DNA of 64,000 bases from the sequence record MK903282.1; one strand, written 5' to 3'. Below are positions 27,178-38,261 of this stretch, one piece after another (positions within the stretch are counted from its first letter, which is position 1; the number at the start of each line of letters is the position of its first letter). This DNA comes from Escherichia phage Mansfield. The notes beneath the pieces are model-generated. The model worked only from the letters and a program-made list of their open reading frames with translations. It was not told the origin of the DNA and searched no databases. The position numbers and the translations under genes were made by a program.

Positions 27178-29358
27178 GTGTCTGACTCATTAGAAAAATT
27201 TGTTCTTCAATATACGGTGGACTTGAAAGAGTCCATCAATCGTCTTGAGCAATTGCAAGATAAGGTTGATCAGACAAACAAAAAGGCAAAGGCTGCTGGT
27301 AAAGACTTCACCGGAGCATTCAAAGATGTGTTTGGTGAGCTGAAGCCTCTCACAGCTGAACTGGGGTCTATTGACGGAATCCTTGCGCGGCTTACTTATC
27401 GCTTTGCCGCGCTTGTGCCTGTTGTCGCAGGATTGGCCGTCGTCGTCAAATCCATTGTTGATGTTCGAAAAGAATATGAAGCGCAAAGGAAGCTGGGATT
27501 TGAAGCAGGTCTTTCACCAATTGGCGTGGAGCAGCTACAGCGACAATTGAATGAAAGTTCAGGTGGCATTCTTGGTGCGCAGGGGTCAAGGGATTTGATC
27601 AGCAAAGCTTCTAATCTCGCATTCAACGCATACACCAACCCAGATGTGATGAACAAGGACAACTTGTTACTGAACAAGATGGGCACTAGTCCTTTCAACA
27701 GTAACGGCGGCATCAAAGACACAAACCAGCTTCTTGATGAAATTGGCACAAAGCTGAGAAGTGTGAATGAGCAAACCGCTCGTGCTATTGGTGCTCTGGC
27801 AGGTTTTACCGCCGATGAAGTCCGTGCGCTTCGTGAGCGAAATCAATCAGTCAAAGAAAGTACCCGTATAAGCGACGAAGAAACCGCAAAGCTGCAAAGA
27901 CAGCAGGCCGCGCTTGAAACGATACGAAACAGCATGGGCCAAATTCAAGAAGACTGGCGACGCATTGAACTGGTAATCGGTGAGAACGTGATGCCTGCAT
28001 TCTCGACGCTTGTCAGCAAAACCGCCGATACAGTCGAAGGATTCCAGATGATGTTTCAAAGGATGTCTGATGGATGGTCCGAATTTGTCGACAATTTCAT
28101 TGCTGACTTGAAACACCCGTTTGATAAACAGGCGGCTGTTAACGAGCGTCACGAGCGTGCCGTTGATAGATGGATCACTCAGATGGCTGACGGCGATGTG
28201 AAACGCCAGAGGAATCAGGAGCAAAACGCGGCTGAACAACGTTCTGCGCAAGCACTTTTCACTCGCGACATCAACCTGTTTTCAAGCGCCGTATCAACCT
28301 TTGCTGGTGTCATTGATGAGCGACAAGCGTGGGCTGCATGGGCTGGTGAAATAGGACGAAGTGCAGGCCAATCCGCCATGCCTGGAACACCAGCACTAAG
28401 CACTGGTGCGACCGTAGGCAATAACTTGGGGTCAGGCAATCCGACTGCATATGACTCAATCTATGAGGAAGCCTCCAAACGTTATGGAATCCCTGTTGCG
28501 ATGATGAAGGCCGTCACAGAAGTCGAATCTGGATTCAACCCCAACGCCGTAAGCGGAGCAGGCGCGACCGGACTGATGCAAATAATGCCTTCCAACTTCA
28601 AGGGTCTTGGCATCACAGACGGCAACGACCCAAGACAAAACATTATGGGCGGCGCTCAACTTCTCAAGGAATATTTAACTGCTGCCAATGGCGATTGGAA
28701 TCTTGCTCTGACGATGTATCACGGCGGATACGACCGCAGCGGATGGGGTAAGAACACCCGTGCATATCCTGGCAAGGTCATGGCTGCTCTCGACCGACAG
28801 GCGAATGGAGAATACGCCACAGGAGCGCCGCAAGGTGCACCAGTGACTCCCGTCCTTAGCGGTAGCGGAGCAGAAGCGCCGAAAGGAAGCTATGCACCAG
28901 TACAAGGCCAATCCCGCCAAACGGTGCAATACAGACAGTTGCAAGAAGCCATCGCGGGATACTTAAACGTGCCAGTTGAGCAGTTGATGCAAGGGCAAGT
29001 TAACAAAGGTGATATTGACTTTGCTCAAACTTACCTTAAACTTGGAACGCAAAGGGATTATATTAAAAACATGCAGCTGGCTTCAACTCCAGGTGTAAGA
29101 CCGAACATTCAGGCTGAAGCGATGAAGAATGCTCGTCTTGCGGCATTCCAGCTTGAGGCATTCCAGAAATACGGCGGCGACCTTTCCGCGAATAGTCGAC
29201 CTGGTGGGCGTGATATCACTATGGGTCAGAAAAACGTTGTCATCAACGTCAACGGCGCTCAAGACCCACGCAGCACGGCATTCGAAACAAAACGAGTGCT
29301 TGAACAAGATGATATCAACGACATAAACAACCTTACTGCTACACCTTTGAAGTGGTGA
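27178..29358 (+). CDS. tape measure protein with lytic transglycosylase domain
   Basis: 726 aa, GTG start; helical N-terminal half; SLT-like segment ...VTEVESGFNPNAVSGAGATGLMQIMPSNF...GGAQLLKEYL. Confidence 0.75.
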   Translation: MSDSLEKFVLQYTVDLKESINRLEQLQDKVDQTNKKAKAAGKDFTGAFKDVFGELKPLTAELGSIDGILARLTYRFAALVPVVAGLAVVVKSIVDVRKEYEAQRKLGFEAGLSPIGVEQLQRQLNESSGGILGAQGSRDLISKASNLAFNAYTNPDVMNKDNLLLNKMGTSPFNSNGGIKDTNQLLDEIGTKLRSVNEQTARAIGALAGFTADEVRALRERNQSVKESTRISDEETAKLQRQQAALETIRNSMGQIQEDWRRIELVIGENVMPAFSTLVSKTADTVEGFQMMFQRMSDGWSEFVDNFIADLKHPFDKQAAVNERHERAVDRWITQMADGDVKRQRNQEQNAAEQRSAQALFTRDINLFSSAVSTFAGVIDERQAWAAWAGEIGRSAGQSAMPGTPALSTGATVGNNLGSGNPTAYDSIYEEASKRYGIPVAMMKAVTEVESGFNPNAVSGAGATGLMQIMPSNFKGLGITDGNDPRQNIMGGAQLLKEYLTAANGDWNLALTMYHGGYDRSGWGKNTRAYPGKVMAALDRQANGEYATGAPQGAPVTPVLSGSGAEAPKGSYAPVQGQSRQTVQYRQLQEAIAGYLNVPVEQLMQGQVNKGDIDFAQTYLKLGTQRDYIKNMQLASTPGVRPNIQAEAMKNARLAAFQLEAFQKYGGDLSANSRPGGRDITMGQKNVVINVNGAQDPRSTAFETKRVLEQDDINDINNLTATPLKW

Positions 29359-29362
29359 TAAT

Positions 29363-30235
29363 TTGAAAAAGAGAATCCTTAAAGTCACCTTATCTATGCC
29401 GGATGGCACAAGCCAAGTGCTTGATGAAGGATTGATGCTTAGATGCCGAATCAAAAAGGCAGCACTTTCCGTTCAGAATAAGGCCACGATTGAAGTTGCA
29501 GGATTGACAGGTTACTTGAGAGAGTACCTGCTTTCTAACTTCACGGCATTCAACAAACGTCTGCGCGACCAAGGCCAGCTGGCGGCGAACTACGTCAACG
29601 TGACTATTGAAGCTGGATACAGAGAGGGGAGCGTAATCAGCAGCAACTTGGTATACAAGGGGCAGGTGACGACGGTGGAGATAACAGCGCCGCCGCCGAA
29701 TATTGTCATCAGAATTACTTGCTACACTAACCAAATAAACAGAACGAAGTTCATCACTCAAGCTGCGCCATCCAACCCGACTTTCAAAGAGTTCGTGGAA
29801 TGGTCTGCAAAGCAAATGGACATCGATACTGTTATTTGTGATACGTCGATTAACAATCAGCGCCTTGTGAATCCAGGAAGAACGACATATGTTGCTGCTG
29901 CGCTGCTGCTTGAGATCCAGAACTATCAACGCAACTCCATCGCGGCATACATTGATGACGATACGTTAATTGTTAAGGATAAAGACAAAATTCTAAATCC
30001 AGACCAGATTACAATCATTGAGGAATTTGTCGGAATACCGATGTGGAACGAGTGGGGTGCAGACTTCACTTGTATGTATAACGCAGATTTGAAGCTTGCA
30101 CAAGGTGTTAAATTCAAATCAGTCTTAAACCCAAGCTTGAACGACACCACATTTGTCATCATGCAACTTGAATATGATTTAGCGAGTCGTGATGATATAT
30201 TTACGGTGACGGGCGGCGTTGCACCATCGGCATAA
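29363..30235 (+). CDS. putative baseplate/tail protein (290 aa)
   Basis: TTG start; position. Confidence 0.45.
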   Translation: MKKRILKVTLSMPDGTSQVLDEGLMLRCRIKKAALSVQNKATIEVAGLTGYLREYLLSNFTAFNKRLRDQGQLAANYVNVTIEAGYREGSVISSNLVYKGQVTTVEITAPPPNIVIRITCYTNQINRTKFITQAAPSNPTFKEFVEWSAKQMDIDTVICDTSINNQRLVNPGRTTYVAAALLLEIQNYQRNSIAAYIDDDTLIVKDKDKILNPDQITIIEEFVGIPMWNEWGADFTCMYNADLKLAQGVKFKSVLNPSLNDTTFVIMQLEYDLASRDDIFTVTGGVAPSA

Positions 30236-30237
30236 AT

Positions 30238-30759
30238 ATGAGAAAGAATAAAATAATCGACTTGTTTGGCGTAACTTATGAAATTCATCAATTCAGCGCA
30301 ATAGATGCATTTGAAATGGTTGATGACATAAGTATATTAACTCCACTTGAATTATTGAGTGAATGTTATGTAATCAAGTATGACGGGTCCAAAGTAAGGC
30401 TTAACTCTGAAAAAGTAATTAGTGAGGAAGTGAAAAGTATTCCTAATCACTTGCCGCCTAATCTCGTGTTGAAAGTATTGATGGAAGCCGTTAAAAAGCA
30501 CAACTTTGGATTCCTTAGCGATTGGAAAAGCACCAAAATTCCAAATAGATTCTTGGCTGATGCACCGACAGTAGAGCCTAATTATCTTGAGCCAATGGTT
30601 GCAAGCCTAATAAATAACGGCCTTGCATCTTTAAAGGAGTTGGAAGAATACTATTCACTGCGTGATGCATTCGCTATGTTTGATGGACTAATAGCAAAAT
30701 CACTTAATGAAGCATACTCAAACGAAGCTGCCATTAAAGAATCAAAGTCAAATCGCTAA
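30238..30759 (+). CDS. hypothetical baseplate protein (173 aa)
   Basis: ORF. Confidence 0.45.
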   Translation: MRKNKIIDLFGVTYEIHQFSAIDAFEMVDDISILTPLELLSECYVIKYDGSKVRLNSEKVISEEVKSIPNHLPPNLVLKVLMEAVKKHNFGFLSDWKSTKIPNRFLADAPTVEPNYLEPMVASLINNGLASLKELEEYYSLRDAFAMFDGLIAKSLNEAYSNEAAIKESKSNR

Positions 30760-30816
30760 AATATTGCTTATAGACTCCTTATAGATTATAATTTGTTGAT
30801 CAGATATAAGGAGTCT

Positions 30817-31545
30817 ATGATGGCAGAAAAGTTAACACAACTTACAAGCCCCAACCAAACTGACAAATCAAGTATGTTTGCCGCGCTGCAGGGAATGCTG
30901 GACCGTGGCAAGTATACCACTGACGGTATGATTCCTGCGCAAGTAATATCTTATGACCGCAAGAAAAATTTAGCAGTCATAAAACCTGTTATTCATTTCG
31001 TAAGTCTTGATGATAAGCCAGTGGAGCGTCAACCTTTGGTGTCAATTCCTGTATTGGCAATCGGCGGCGGCGGCTTCGTGATCAACTTTCCTTTGAAAGA
31101 AGGTGATTTGGGTTGGATATTCGCTGGCGACCGCGAGTTGTCGACATTCCTTGAAGAATTGAAGCCGACCGCGCCCACCAATGGCCGTGTAAAAACTTTC
31201 GCTGATGGACTGTTCATACCGGATGTATTCCGAAAATACACCATAAGCGGAGAGGATGCAGGGTCAATGGTAATCCAGTCCCTCAGTGGCGCTGTGAGAA
31301 TTGCACTAAGTGATGACTCAATAAACATTACTGCATCTGCTGGAGTAAACATCAAGACCCCGATAACCACTATCGATCAACAATTGATAGTGAATGGAAA
31401 GGCAACATTCAATGGCGGGATAGAAGGCAAAGAAGGAACGACGGCAACGCTTCCGACTGGCACAACGGTCGGCGGCATTGATGTATCCACTCACGGGCAT
31501 ATCGGCAACGGGCCTGGAAACAGAACTGGGAATATGATAGAATGA
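30817..31545 (+). CDS. putative baseplate component
   Basis: Start trimmed to 30817 (AAGGAG SD); Gly-rich C-terminus. Confidence 0.45.
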   Translation: MMAEKLTQLTSPNQTDKSSMFAALQGMLDRGKYTTDGMIPAQVISYDRKKNLAVIKPVIHFVSLDDKPVERQPLVSIPVLAIGGGGFVINFPLKEGDLGWIFAGDRELSTFLEELKPTAPTNGRVKTFADGLFIPDVFRKYTISGEDAGSMVIQSLSGAVRIALSDDSINITASAGVNIKTPITTIDQQLIVNGKATFNGGIEGKEGTTATLPTGTTVGGIDVSTHGHIGNGPGNRTGNMIE

Positions 31546-32813
31546 GTGCACAATATTCTTACATAGTAAGCACTGGTGTAATAACCATCGACACAGCCGA
31601 TTTACTGGCTGACGTTCAAAGTGAATGGATTGAGTCATTAGGGGTCGGGCTTGACGTTGATGCCTCGACACCGCAAGGCACGCTAATCGCAACAGAGACG
31701 TTGGCAAGAACTTCAGTGATGAAGAACAATGCCGAATTGGGAAGTCTCATCAACCCTAACTACTCATATGGAGTATACCTTGATGCAATCGCGGCGCTTC
31801 TTGGCATCGAGCGCACAAAGAATGTAAGCACAATGTTGAAAGGTGTGACTGCAGAGGGAACACCGCTGTTGGAAATTCCTGCTGGAAGTCTTCTCACTGA
31901 TTCAAATGGCACATACTGGTATGTGCTGGAAGACGTTCAAATCACTTCGACTGGCAAGACAAGCAACATGACTCTTGCGTCAAAAGAGTATGGCTCATTT
32001 ACTGTTGCGCCTGATGAAGAGTTTACAGTGGTGCAAGGTTATGACGTCATCGGATGGTCAAGAACTTATTCAACGTCTGCAACGACGACCGTTCCAGGAA
32101 CACAATACATGGGCGACGGAGCATTAAAGGCCGCTCGTGTTAAGCGTCTTTACCAGCAGGGCATCGCATCGCTTGGTGCCATCCGCGCTCGCGCCATGTC
32201 GGTCGACGGTGTAGAATCTGTGATGGTCGTGGAGAATGACACAGGAGTCCCTGGAACGGTGCGCGGCATTACGTTCTCAACGCCTAACGGTGTTTGGGTA
32301 TGCGCAAGCGGAACATTTGACAAGCAAGTGTTTGCGGAGACGATATTCAAGGCGAAGATGGGCGGTCAACCTTGGGACTTTGGTGCTACTAATCAAGGCA
32401 ATCCGGTAAACTCTCCTGATGGAATCGAAGTGGTTGATTCAGAATCACAGCTTTCTTATTTCGTCAAATTTAACACTGCAGTGATATATGATTTGTATGT
32501 TGATATAACCGTTTCAAGAGGGACGGCGACCGCTGATGCAGAGTCTATTATTGCCGCCGTACTGAATTACGGCAATGGCAATTTTAACGGTGAGCAGGGG
32601 TATACAGTAGGACAATCTCAATCTTCTTTTGAAATTGCTTCAGCAGTATCCTGCGAATATCCAGGACTTTATATCAAAGATTGCAAAATTGCAGCAGTCA
32701 AAAGCGGACAGGCAGCGCCAACTTATCCTTCCGATTATGGCAGCGAGTGGGTCGCAAATCCTTGGGATAAGGCCAATACTATGCGCGGCTTCATCAACGT
32801 TAAATTTGTGTGA
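31542..32813 (+). CDS. putative baseplate J-like protein
   Basis: 423 aa, position before fiber genes; overlapping start/stop. Confidence 0.45.
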   Translation: MSAQYSYIVSTGVITIDTADLLADVQSEWIESLGVGLDVDASTPQGTLIATETLARTSVMKNNAELGSLINPNYSYGVYLDAIAALLGIERTKNVSTMLKGVTAEGTPLLEIPAGSLLTDSNGTYWYVLEDVQITSTGKTSNMTLASKEYGSFTVAPDEEFTVVQGYDVIGWSRTYSTSATTTVPGTQYMGDGALKAARVKRLYQQGIASLGAIRARAMSVDGVESVMVVENDTGVPGTVRGITFSTPNGVWVCASGTFDKQVFAETIFKAKMGGQPWDFGATNQGNPVNSPDGIEVVDSESQLSYFVKFNTAVIYDLYVDITVSRGTATADAESIIAAVLNYGNGNFNGEQGYTVGQSQSSFEIASAVSCEYPGLYIKDCKIAAVKSGQAAPTYPSDYGSEWVANPWDKANTMRGFINVKFV

Positions 32814-32819
32814 GGAACT

Positions 32820-35558
32820 ATGCAAAAGTTTGACACAAACCTGTTGCAAAACCTTAAGTGGATGCAAAACAACGCGCCGAACATCACATCTTTGGTTCAA
32901 AAGAAAAGTGACTGGTATGAGCGATATCAAGATCAGTTTTGGATTGACTGGTACAAGAACATATTCAACATTGATACTTGTGATGCAATGGGCATTTATA
33001 TTTGGTGTGACATCCTATGCATACCAAGGGATTTTGTTGACTTAAGCAACTATGAGCACAACTGGGCGTTTGGACCCACACGCGACAACTTCGAAGGGCC
33101 GGACAACATCGGCGGCAACTTCTTTGGTGCTGGCGGAAAGGTTGTGAAAAACATTGAAGAAGCGCGAATCCTTCTTAAGCTTCGTTATTTGACGCTCACA
33201 AGCGATGGCCGCATAGAAAGCATCAACCGTATGCTTAAGTGGATTTTTAACCGTGGAGAAGCTTGGGATTATTCTTCATCGCGATACGCATACGTGACAG
33301 ACAATACTCAAGGCGCGGTGTCTTCTTCTGAATCAACAAACGGTTCATTCCTTCTGTACGACTGGCAGGGGTCAACTGAGATTCAGCACGATTATAAACA
33401 AGTTCTTTTGAGTCACGGCAACAACGCAGGACTGACCATAAGTGGGGTGGCAGGGACCGTTTCGCGAATGGCACACCCAGACTGGTATTCATGGGGCAAC
33501 GGGTCCGGCGCTGGTATTGTCGGCGGTGATACACGCCAATATGGCGGCCCTGACTATTACGGCCAACTGTGCGGTGATTACCCAGGGGAGGCCATCGAGA
33601 ACTTTGCCAACGCAGTACGGGTCATCAAAACGGCTTCCAGCGGTGAGCCTGTGTATTCGTTGGCCAATAATCCAAGCGCCCAATCTATTTCGCTTCCTTC
33701 TCAGGCTGGCGTCAACGTTTGCTATAGCTTCTACATAAAAGTGCTTTCTGAAAACGTGGCTTCTGTTTCCGTAACAGAGAACAGTGATGCATCGAGTAAT
33801 GGAAAGCTTTTCGACCCAGTGACTGGGCAATTCAACCTTGACCCTTCTTTGAGTTATTTTATCACAGGCAAGTTCGACGGTGTTAGAAGGGAATCAAGCC
33901 GTGGTGGCATCAAGGCCATCGGCGGCGATTGGTACAGAATCTGGATTGTAGAGCAAACTGCAAACGCTACAGCTGGAGTTAAAACAAGCTTTTCAATTGA
34001 GTTGAAAGCAACTGCCGCTGGATCAACACAAACTCGCGAATTGCCTGAAGGGTCTGATGCGCTTCTTTTTGGATACTCCATTTGTGTTTGCGACCCTGTT
34101 CAGAATCCTAATGGGCCTGAGCCTTATTTCTATGGGACTCAAAATCCTCCTGCGGATGGCACGGCAATCTTGTCCGTTACGGCAGGAACGCTCAACAACA
34201 TCTCTTGCGCAAACGGTCCGTTGACCACAAGAGATGGCGTGGTAGGTGAATCATTCATGCAGCCTGGTTCATCACTTGCATACTCTGGTTCAATCGGCGG
34301 CTATCCGTACCCAGGGAACGCCACCCTCATTGCAGAGACAGATGGAATCAGACGCTCATGGAACGTTAGCCGATTGGACGGAGTACCGCCGCCGCCGACC
34401 GCTGACTATTACATGGAATATGTCATCGGGCCTTATTTTGCCAACAACTTGTCTGATAACTTTAAGACGCTAGTTGGCGACAGGAATGAAGGATTCTTGC
34501 CAGCAAACGCTGGGATACGTTGGCAGCTTTACCAAGAAGTTGCAGACCTTTCAGATATTGACTTGACAGTGAGCGACATCACAGACACCCGAATCGGATT
34601 TGAAACGGAAGGTGTTGCATGGATTAACACTGACGGGATTATCAGAGTTGGCGGCATTAACGAGTGGCCGTTGAACAATTTTAACGGTGTCATAAGACAG
34701 CTTGAATCTTTGAAAGGTGTAAACCAAGTAATCGACGGCGCTCTTGTCAACGACTATTCAATCTCAAAAGCTTCAAGAGATGACTTTGGGCGTGAAATTC
34801 CACGTGCTGCAATCACTAACTACTGGCGATACACACAGCCGAATGATGGTACATCTTTTGGCAATATCGTCAAGGACGGAGCTAACACGGTCACGGCAAC
34901 GCCAATCAGCGGTGTTCCCAACCAGTTTCCATCATTCAAGCTTTCAGCTACAATAGGGACTGTGCCCGCATCCGGTTATGCACGCGCTGTACTTGCCACT
35001 AAATACACTGGCACCCTGACTGGGCCTTTGTCGTTTATCGCAATAGTTAAAAACAACACGGTAAACGGTCAAAAACTTTTTGTAACCGTACCGGATGGGA
35101 TGGGCGGCTATATCCCTAAATTCTACAACATAGGCGTAGGTGATTTGCAGCGTATCGAAATTGACCTTGCCGCTGAGATTGTTGCAGGAGCGACTTGGGA
35201 CGGTTCGACAGGTGGGATCAGTATTGGTTTGATATCAGGGAAAGACTTGCCGACCGAAGTTGGCACAACTCTTGAACTTGACATTTTAAGCTTGATGCTT
35301 GTGTCTGGTGATACGATGAATGCGCTTGCGATTTCAACAAGCGAAGATTTTGCAAAGAAAACTGCAACTTCTATATACATCAAAAACCCAGGGTCACTGG
35401 CGACTGGAGTTCAATTGATAGCTTCAAATGGGGATGTTGTAGCGACAGTAAACTTTCCAAGAAGTGCTGCTGGCGGTTATGTTTCAAGCATGAATATAAC
35501 TGACTTAACTGGTGATTGGGCATCGACCCTTTTATCAAAAATTAAATACATCGTGTAG
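32820..35558 (+). CDS. large tail fiber / baseplate wedge protein
   Basis: 912 aa, Gly/Ser/Thr/Asn-rich, after baseplate genes. Confidence 0.55.
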   Translation: MQKFDTNLLQNLKWMQNNAPNITSLVQKKSDWYERYQDQFWIDWYKNIFNIDTCDAMGIYIWCDILCIPRDFVDLSNYEHNWAFGPTRDNFEGPDNIGGNFFGAGGKVVKNIEEARILLKLRYLTLTSDGRIESINRMLKWIFNRGEAWDYSSSRYAYVTDNTQGAVSSSESTNGSFLLYDWQGSTEIQHDYKQVLLSHGNNAGLTISGVAGTVSRMAHPDWYSWGNGSGAGIVGGDTRQYGGPDYYGQLCGDYPGEAIENFANAVRVIKTASSGEPVYSLANNPSAQSISLPSQAGVNVCYSFYIKVLSENVASVSVTENSDASSNGKLFDPVTGQFNLDPSLSYFITGKFDGVRRESSRGGIKAIGGDWYRIWIVEQTANATAGVKTSFSIELKATAAGSTQTRELPEGSDALLFGYSICVCDPVQNPNGPEPYFYGTQNPPADGTAILSVTAGTLNNISCANGPLTTRDGVVGESFMQPGSSLAYSGSIGGYPYPGNATLIAETDGIRRSWNVSRLDGVPPPPTADYYMEYVIGPYFANNLSDNFKTLVGDRNEGFLPANAGIRWQLYQEVADLSDIDLTVSDITDTRIGFETEGVAWINTDGIIRVGGINEWPLNNFNGVIRQLESLKGVNQVIDGALVNDYSISKASRDDFGREIPRAAITNYWRYTQPNDGTSFGNIVKDGANTVTATPISGVPNQFPSFKLSATIGTVPASGYARAVLATKYTGTLTGPLSFIAIVKNNTVNGQKLFVTVPDGMGGYIPKFYNIGVGDLQRIEIDLAAEIVAGATWDGSTGGISIGLISGKDLPTEVGTTLELDILSLMLVSGDTMNALAISTSEDFAKKTATSIYIKNPGSLATGVQLIASNGDVVATVNFPRSAAGGYVSSMNITDLTGDWASTLLSKIKYIV

Positions 35559-35568
35559 AGGAACGGCA

Positions 35569-37356
35569 ATGCCAACACTTATTAACAGACCTTTCGCGCA
35601 AAGCGGTGATGTATCCGTGGTGCCGGATGCAAGCCCAAGCGGTTATGTGAACTTCCAGCGCGGCTACACACCTGACTATGCGCTTGCTCTGGAGGCTGGA
35701 AACGTCGCCGCGAAAGCTGTTGAGCGCGAATCGATGAACTGGTTGCTGAATTTGATTACAGACAACCTTATGTTTATTCAAGACCATGGCGCTCAACAAT
35801 ATTTCTCTTCTGACTTGAAGCCGGATGGATACCCGAAAAATGCCATTGTTGTCAGCAACTCTGGAACGCCTTCAGCGCCTGAGTGGCGCATCTTTCAAAG
35901 CGTGGTCGACGGCAACACAAGCGCCGTACCAGCTAACGGAGAAACGGAATCTTGGCAGGAATTAACACTGCCCAGCGAAGCGCGAAAATACATTCCGATG
36001 CCTGCTGGCGGCGATGCGCAAAACCCGTACTTTGTTCGCGGATTGATTTCAAGCTTTGTGGACTTCGATAATATCACGACTTCCACAACTATCGTCATTC
36101 AATCAGATGCAGTCGCCGCTCTTTGCTCTAACATCCCGAATGCGGTTGGCGCAACAAAGGTTGCAGGTCGACTGCAGGTCTGCGCTTGGCAGGTCGATGC
36201 GCAAACGTTTGCCTTGCAGCAATATACATCAATGAATGGCTATTTGTTTACTCGCTCTTACACTTCTGGTGCTTGGAGTGCTTGGATTCAAAACGCAACC
36301 ATTCAAGATGTGCAAATCGGAACGCCAAACCTTGCATCTGGTAAAGGCGCGCAAGATATAATCCTCACCGTTCCAGCAGGGTATTCATGGCCACCTTCTG
36401 CGGGTAGCCGTTTAACCATCGTCAATGATGTGACTACTACCGGACCTGTCACCGTGACCATTGGTGCGAACAAGGTTGCCGTTCTTGGATTCGACGGCGG
36501 CGAGTTACCAGCTGGCGCTATCGTAGGTTTGTTGCCATTCACCATCATTTATGACGGCACCGTGTGGCGTCTCCTTCAGGCGTTTGGCGCGGCGCAAATC
36601 GGCGTTGACGCTACTGAGCCGCAGCAGTTTGTGACCAAAAGACAGCTTGATGCGCTTGCTGAAAAGTTGATCACCATGGGTGATGTGTTCGAAGTCGGTG
36701 AGACTCGATTCCTGACAAACGGGACCAACCCAAACACCAAACTGGGTGCTTACGGTCAGGTATGGACACGACTGCCTGATAACATGGTGATTCGCACGTC
36801 CGGCACGGCACGGAACGGGCTTGCAACTGGCGGCGCGGACTCTGTCACCCTTACCGCCGCCATGCTTCCTCTCCACAATCACAGTGTGAACATTACCACA
36901 CGACAAAGTGGCCCATGGTCCAATACCACTGGAGACGCAGGCAATCACAATCACACAGGGGATACAAGCCAAAACGGTGCTCACGTGCACGGAATGGACA
37001 CTGCAGGCAACCACCACCATGACAGCAGCTGGGGTGAAGCGAATACACACGATGCGCGGTATGGTGTGTATGATAATACGCGCAACAACTTCGGAAGTCG
37101 CAAAGGCGGCGACTGGGATAACTACAAATACAACACTTCAACTAATGGCAACCACGTCCACAATATTCAATCTTCTGGGTCACACACCCATGGGTTGAAT
37201 ATAAATTACGCTGGCAATCACAGCCACAGTTATACCCTTCCCGCTCACACTCACGATGTGGTCGGTAACACTGGCAATGCAGGGCAGTCGGTGCCAACGG
37301 CTGTTGCGACTTTGCCGCGATACGTTGTTTTGAATGGCTGGTACAGAAGCGCATAA
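35569..37356 (+). CDS. tail fiber protein with C-terminal HxH repeats
   Basis: Start trimmed to 35569; C-terminal repeated GNHxH / HxHG motifs typical of fiber tip domains. Confidence 0.7.
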   Translation: MPTLINRPFAQSGDVSVVPDASPSGYVNFQRGYTPDYALALEAGNVAAKAVERESMNWLLNLITDNLMFIQDHGAQQYFSSDLKPDGYPKNAIVVSNSGTPSAPEWRIFQSVVDGNTSAVPANGETESWQELTLPSEARKYIPMPAGGDAQNPYFVRGLISSFVDFDNITTSTTIVIQSDAVAALCSNIPNAVGATKVAGRLQVCAWQVDAQTFALQQYTSMNGYLFTRSYTSGAWSAWIQNATIQDVQIGTPNLASGKGAQDIILTVPAGYSWPPSAGSRLTIVNDVTTTGPVTVTIGANKVAVLGFDGGELPAGAIVGLLPFTIIYDGTVWRLLQAFGAAQIGVDATEPQQFVTKRQLDALAEKLITMGDVFEVGETRFLTNGTNPNTKLGAYGQVWTRLPDNMVIRTSGTARNGLATGGADSVTLTAAMLPLHNHSVNITTRQSGPWSNTTGDAGNHNHTGDTSQNGAHVHGMDTAGNHHHDSSWGEANTHDARYGVYDNTRNNFGSRKGGDWDNYKYNTSTNGNHVHNIQSSGSHTHGLNINYAGNHSHSYTLPAHTHDVVGNTGNAGQSVPTAVATLPRYVVLNGWYRSA

Positions 37357-37364
37357 GGTGATTT

Positions 37365-38009
37365 ATGATTAACGCAAACGTAATATCTAAAGGGACCGGA
37401 TGCAGCATGGATGTTGCAGAGAAATGGGTGGACCCTTTCAAGCAGGCTTGTGAGCACTACGGAATCAAAAGCAAGAGTGCCATCGCGGCATTCCTTGCAA
37501 ACGTAGGAGTAGAAACGGGCAGCTTGAAGACCTTTGTGGAAAATCTCAACTACTCTGCACAGGGTCTTGCCAATACATGGCCTAGTCGTTACAGCGTCAA
37601 CGGTCGTGCTGGAAGCGCCCCGAACTCATTGGCCCTGTCGATTGCCCGTAAACCTGTGGAAATCGCCAATAATACATATGCAAACCGCATGGGAAACGGT
37701 TCGGTAGCGTCTGGTGACGGTTGGAAGTACCGTGGCCGTGGTGCCATTCAGTTGACTGGCAAAGCAAACTATGCGGAATATACGCGTCAATCAGGCTATG
37801 ATGCATTGAATAACCCCGACATTTTGACTGAGCCGAAATACATCGCTGACAGCGCGGCATGGTTCTTCAAGAATAGTGGTTGTATTCCTCTTGCTGACGC
37901 AGGTAATTTTGATTCAACCGTTAAGCGGATTAACGGGGCCGCGCCGAACGCAGCAAACCACGGTGAGTTGCGAAGAAAGCGTTACAAGGATGCATTAGCA
38001 GTTATGTAA
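37365..38009 (+). CDS. endolysin (GH19 chitinase-like lysozyme)
   Basis: Motifs AAFLANVGVETGSL, NLNYS, YRGRGAIQLTGKANY. Confidence 0.8.
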   Translation: MINANVISKGTGCSMDVAEKWVDPFKQACEHYGIKSKSAIAAFLANVGVETGSLKTFVENLNYSAQGLANTWPSRYSVNGRAGSAPNSLALSIARKPVEIANNTYANRMGNGSVASGDGWKYRGRGAIQLTGKANYAEYTRQSGYDALNNPDILTEPKYIADSAAWFFKNSGCIPLADAGNFDSTVKRINGAAPNAANHGELRRKRYKDALAVM

Positions 38010-38014
38010 GAAAA

Positions 38015-38040
38015 AGGCCCATATGGGCCTTTGTTTATTT
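38015..38040. terminator. bidirectional rho-independent terminator
   Basis: Perfect palindrome AGGCCCATATGGGCCT flanked by A-run upstream and TTGTTTATTTT downstream, between convergent genes. Confidence 0.65.
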
Positions 38041-38247
38041 TACGGCTTCAACTTGGACGGGCGGAGCGGAACTTGTATCAATGTCTGGCAAGTCGAAGTA
38101 ATACCCCGCCATACCAATCACACCTACAATCGCGGCCCGTGCCACCTTGTTGCTAATTGACTCCCCAATAAGCTTTACCAACAGGGATAAGATTTGAGAC
38201 GTCAAAGCCTTTTTCAGCCTTTTGTTTTCTTCCAAATCTTTCTGCAT
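38035..38247 (-). CDS. small membrane protein (70 aa), possible holin
   Basis: ORF 38035..38265 trimmed to ATG at 38247 (GGTGG SD); one hydrophobic helix; convergent with endolysin. Confidence 0.35.
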   Translation of the reverse strand: MQKDLEENKRLKKALTSQILSLLVKLIGESISNKVARAAIVGVIGMAGYYFDLPDIDTSSAPPVQVEAVK

Positions 38248-38261
38248 AACTACCACCCATG

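Noticed and set aside
35542-37457. Multiple minus-strand ORFs opposite the HxH tail fiber gene
   Set aside because: Antisense to a strong coding frame; His-codon repeats generate open antisense frames.
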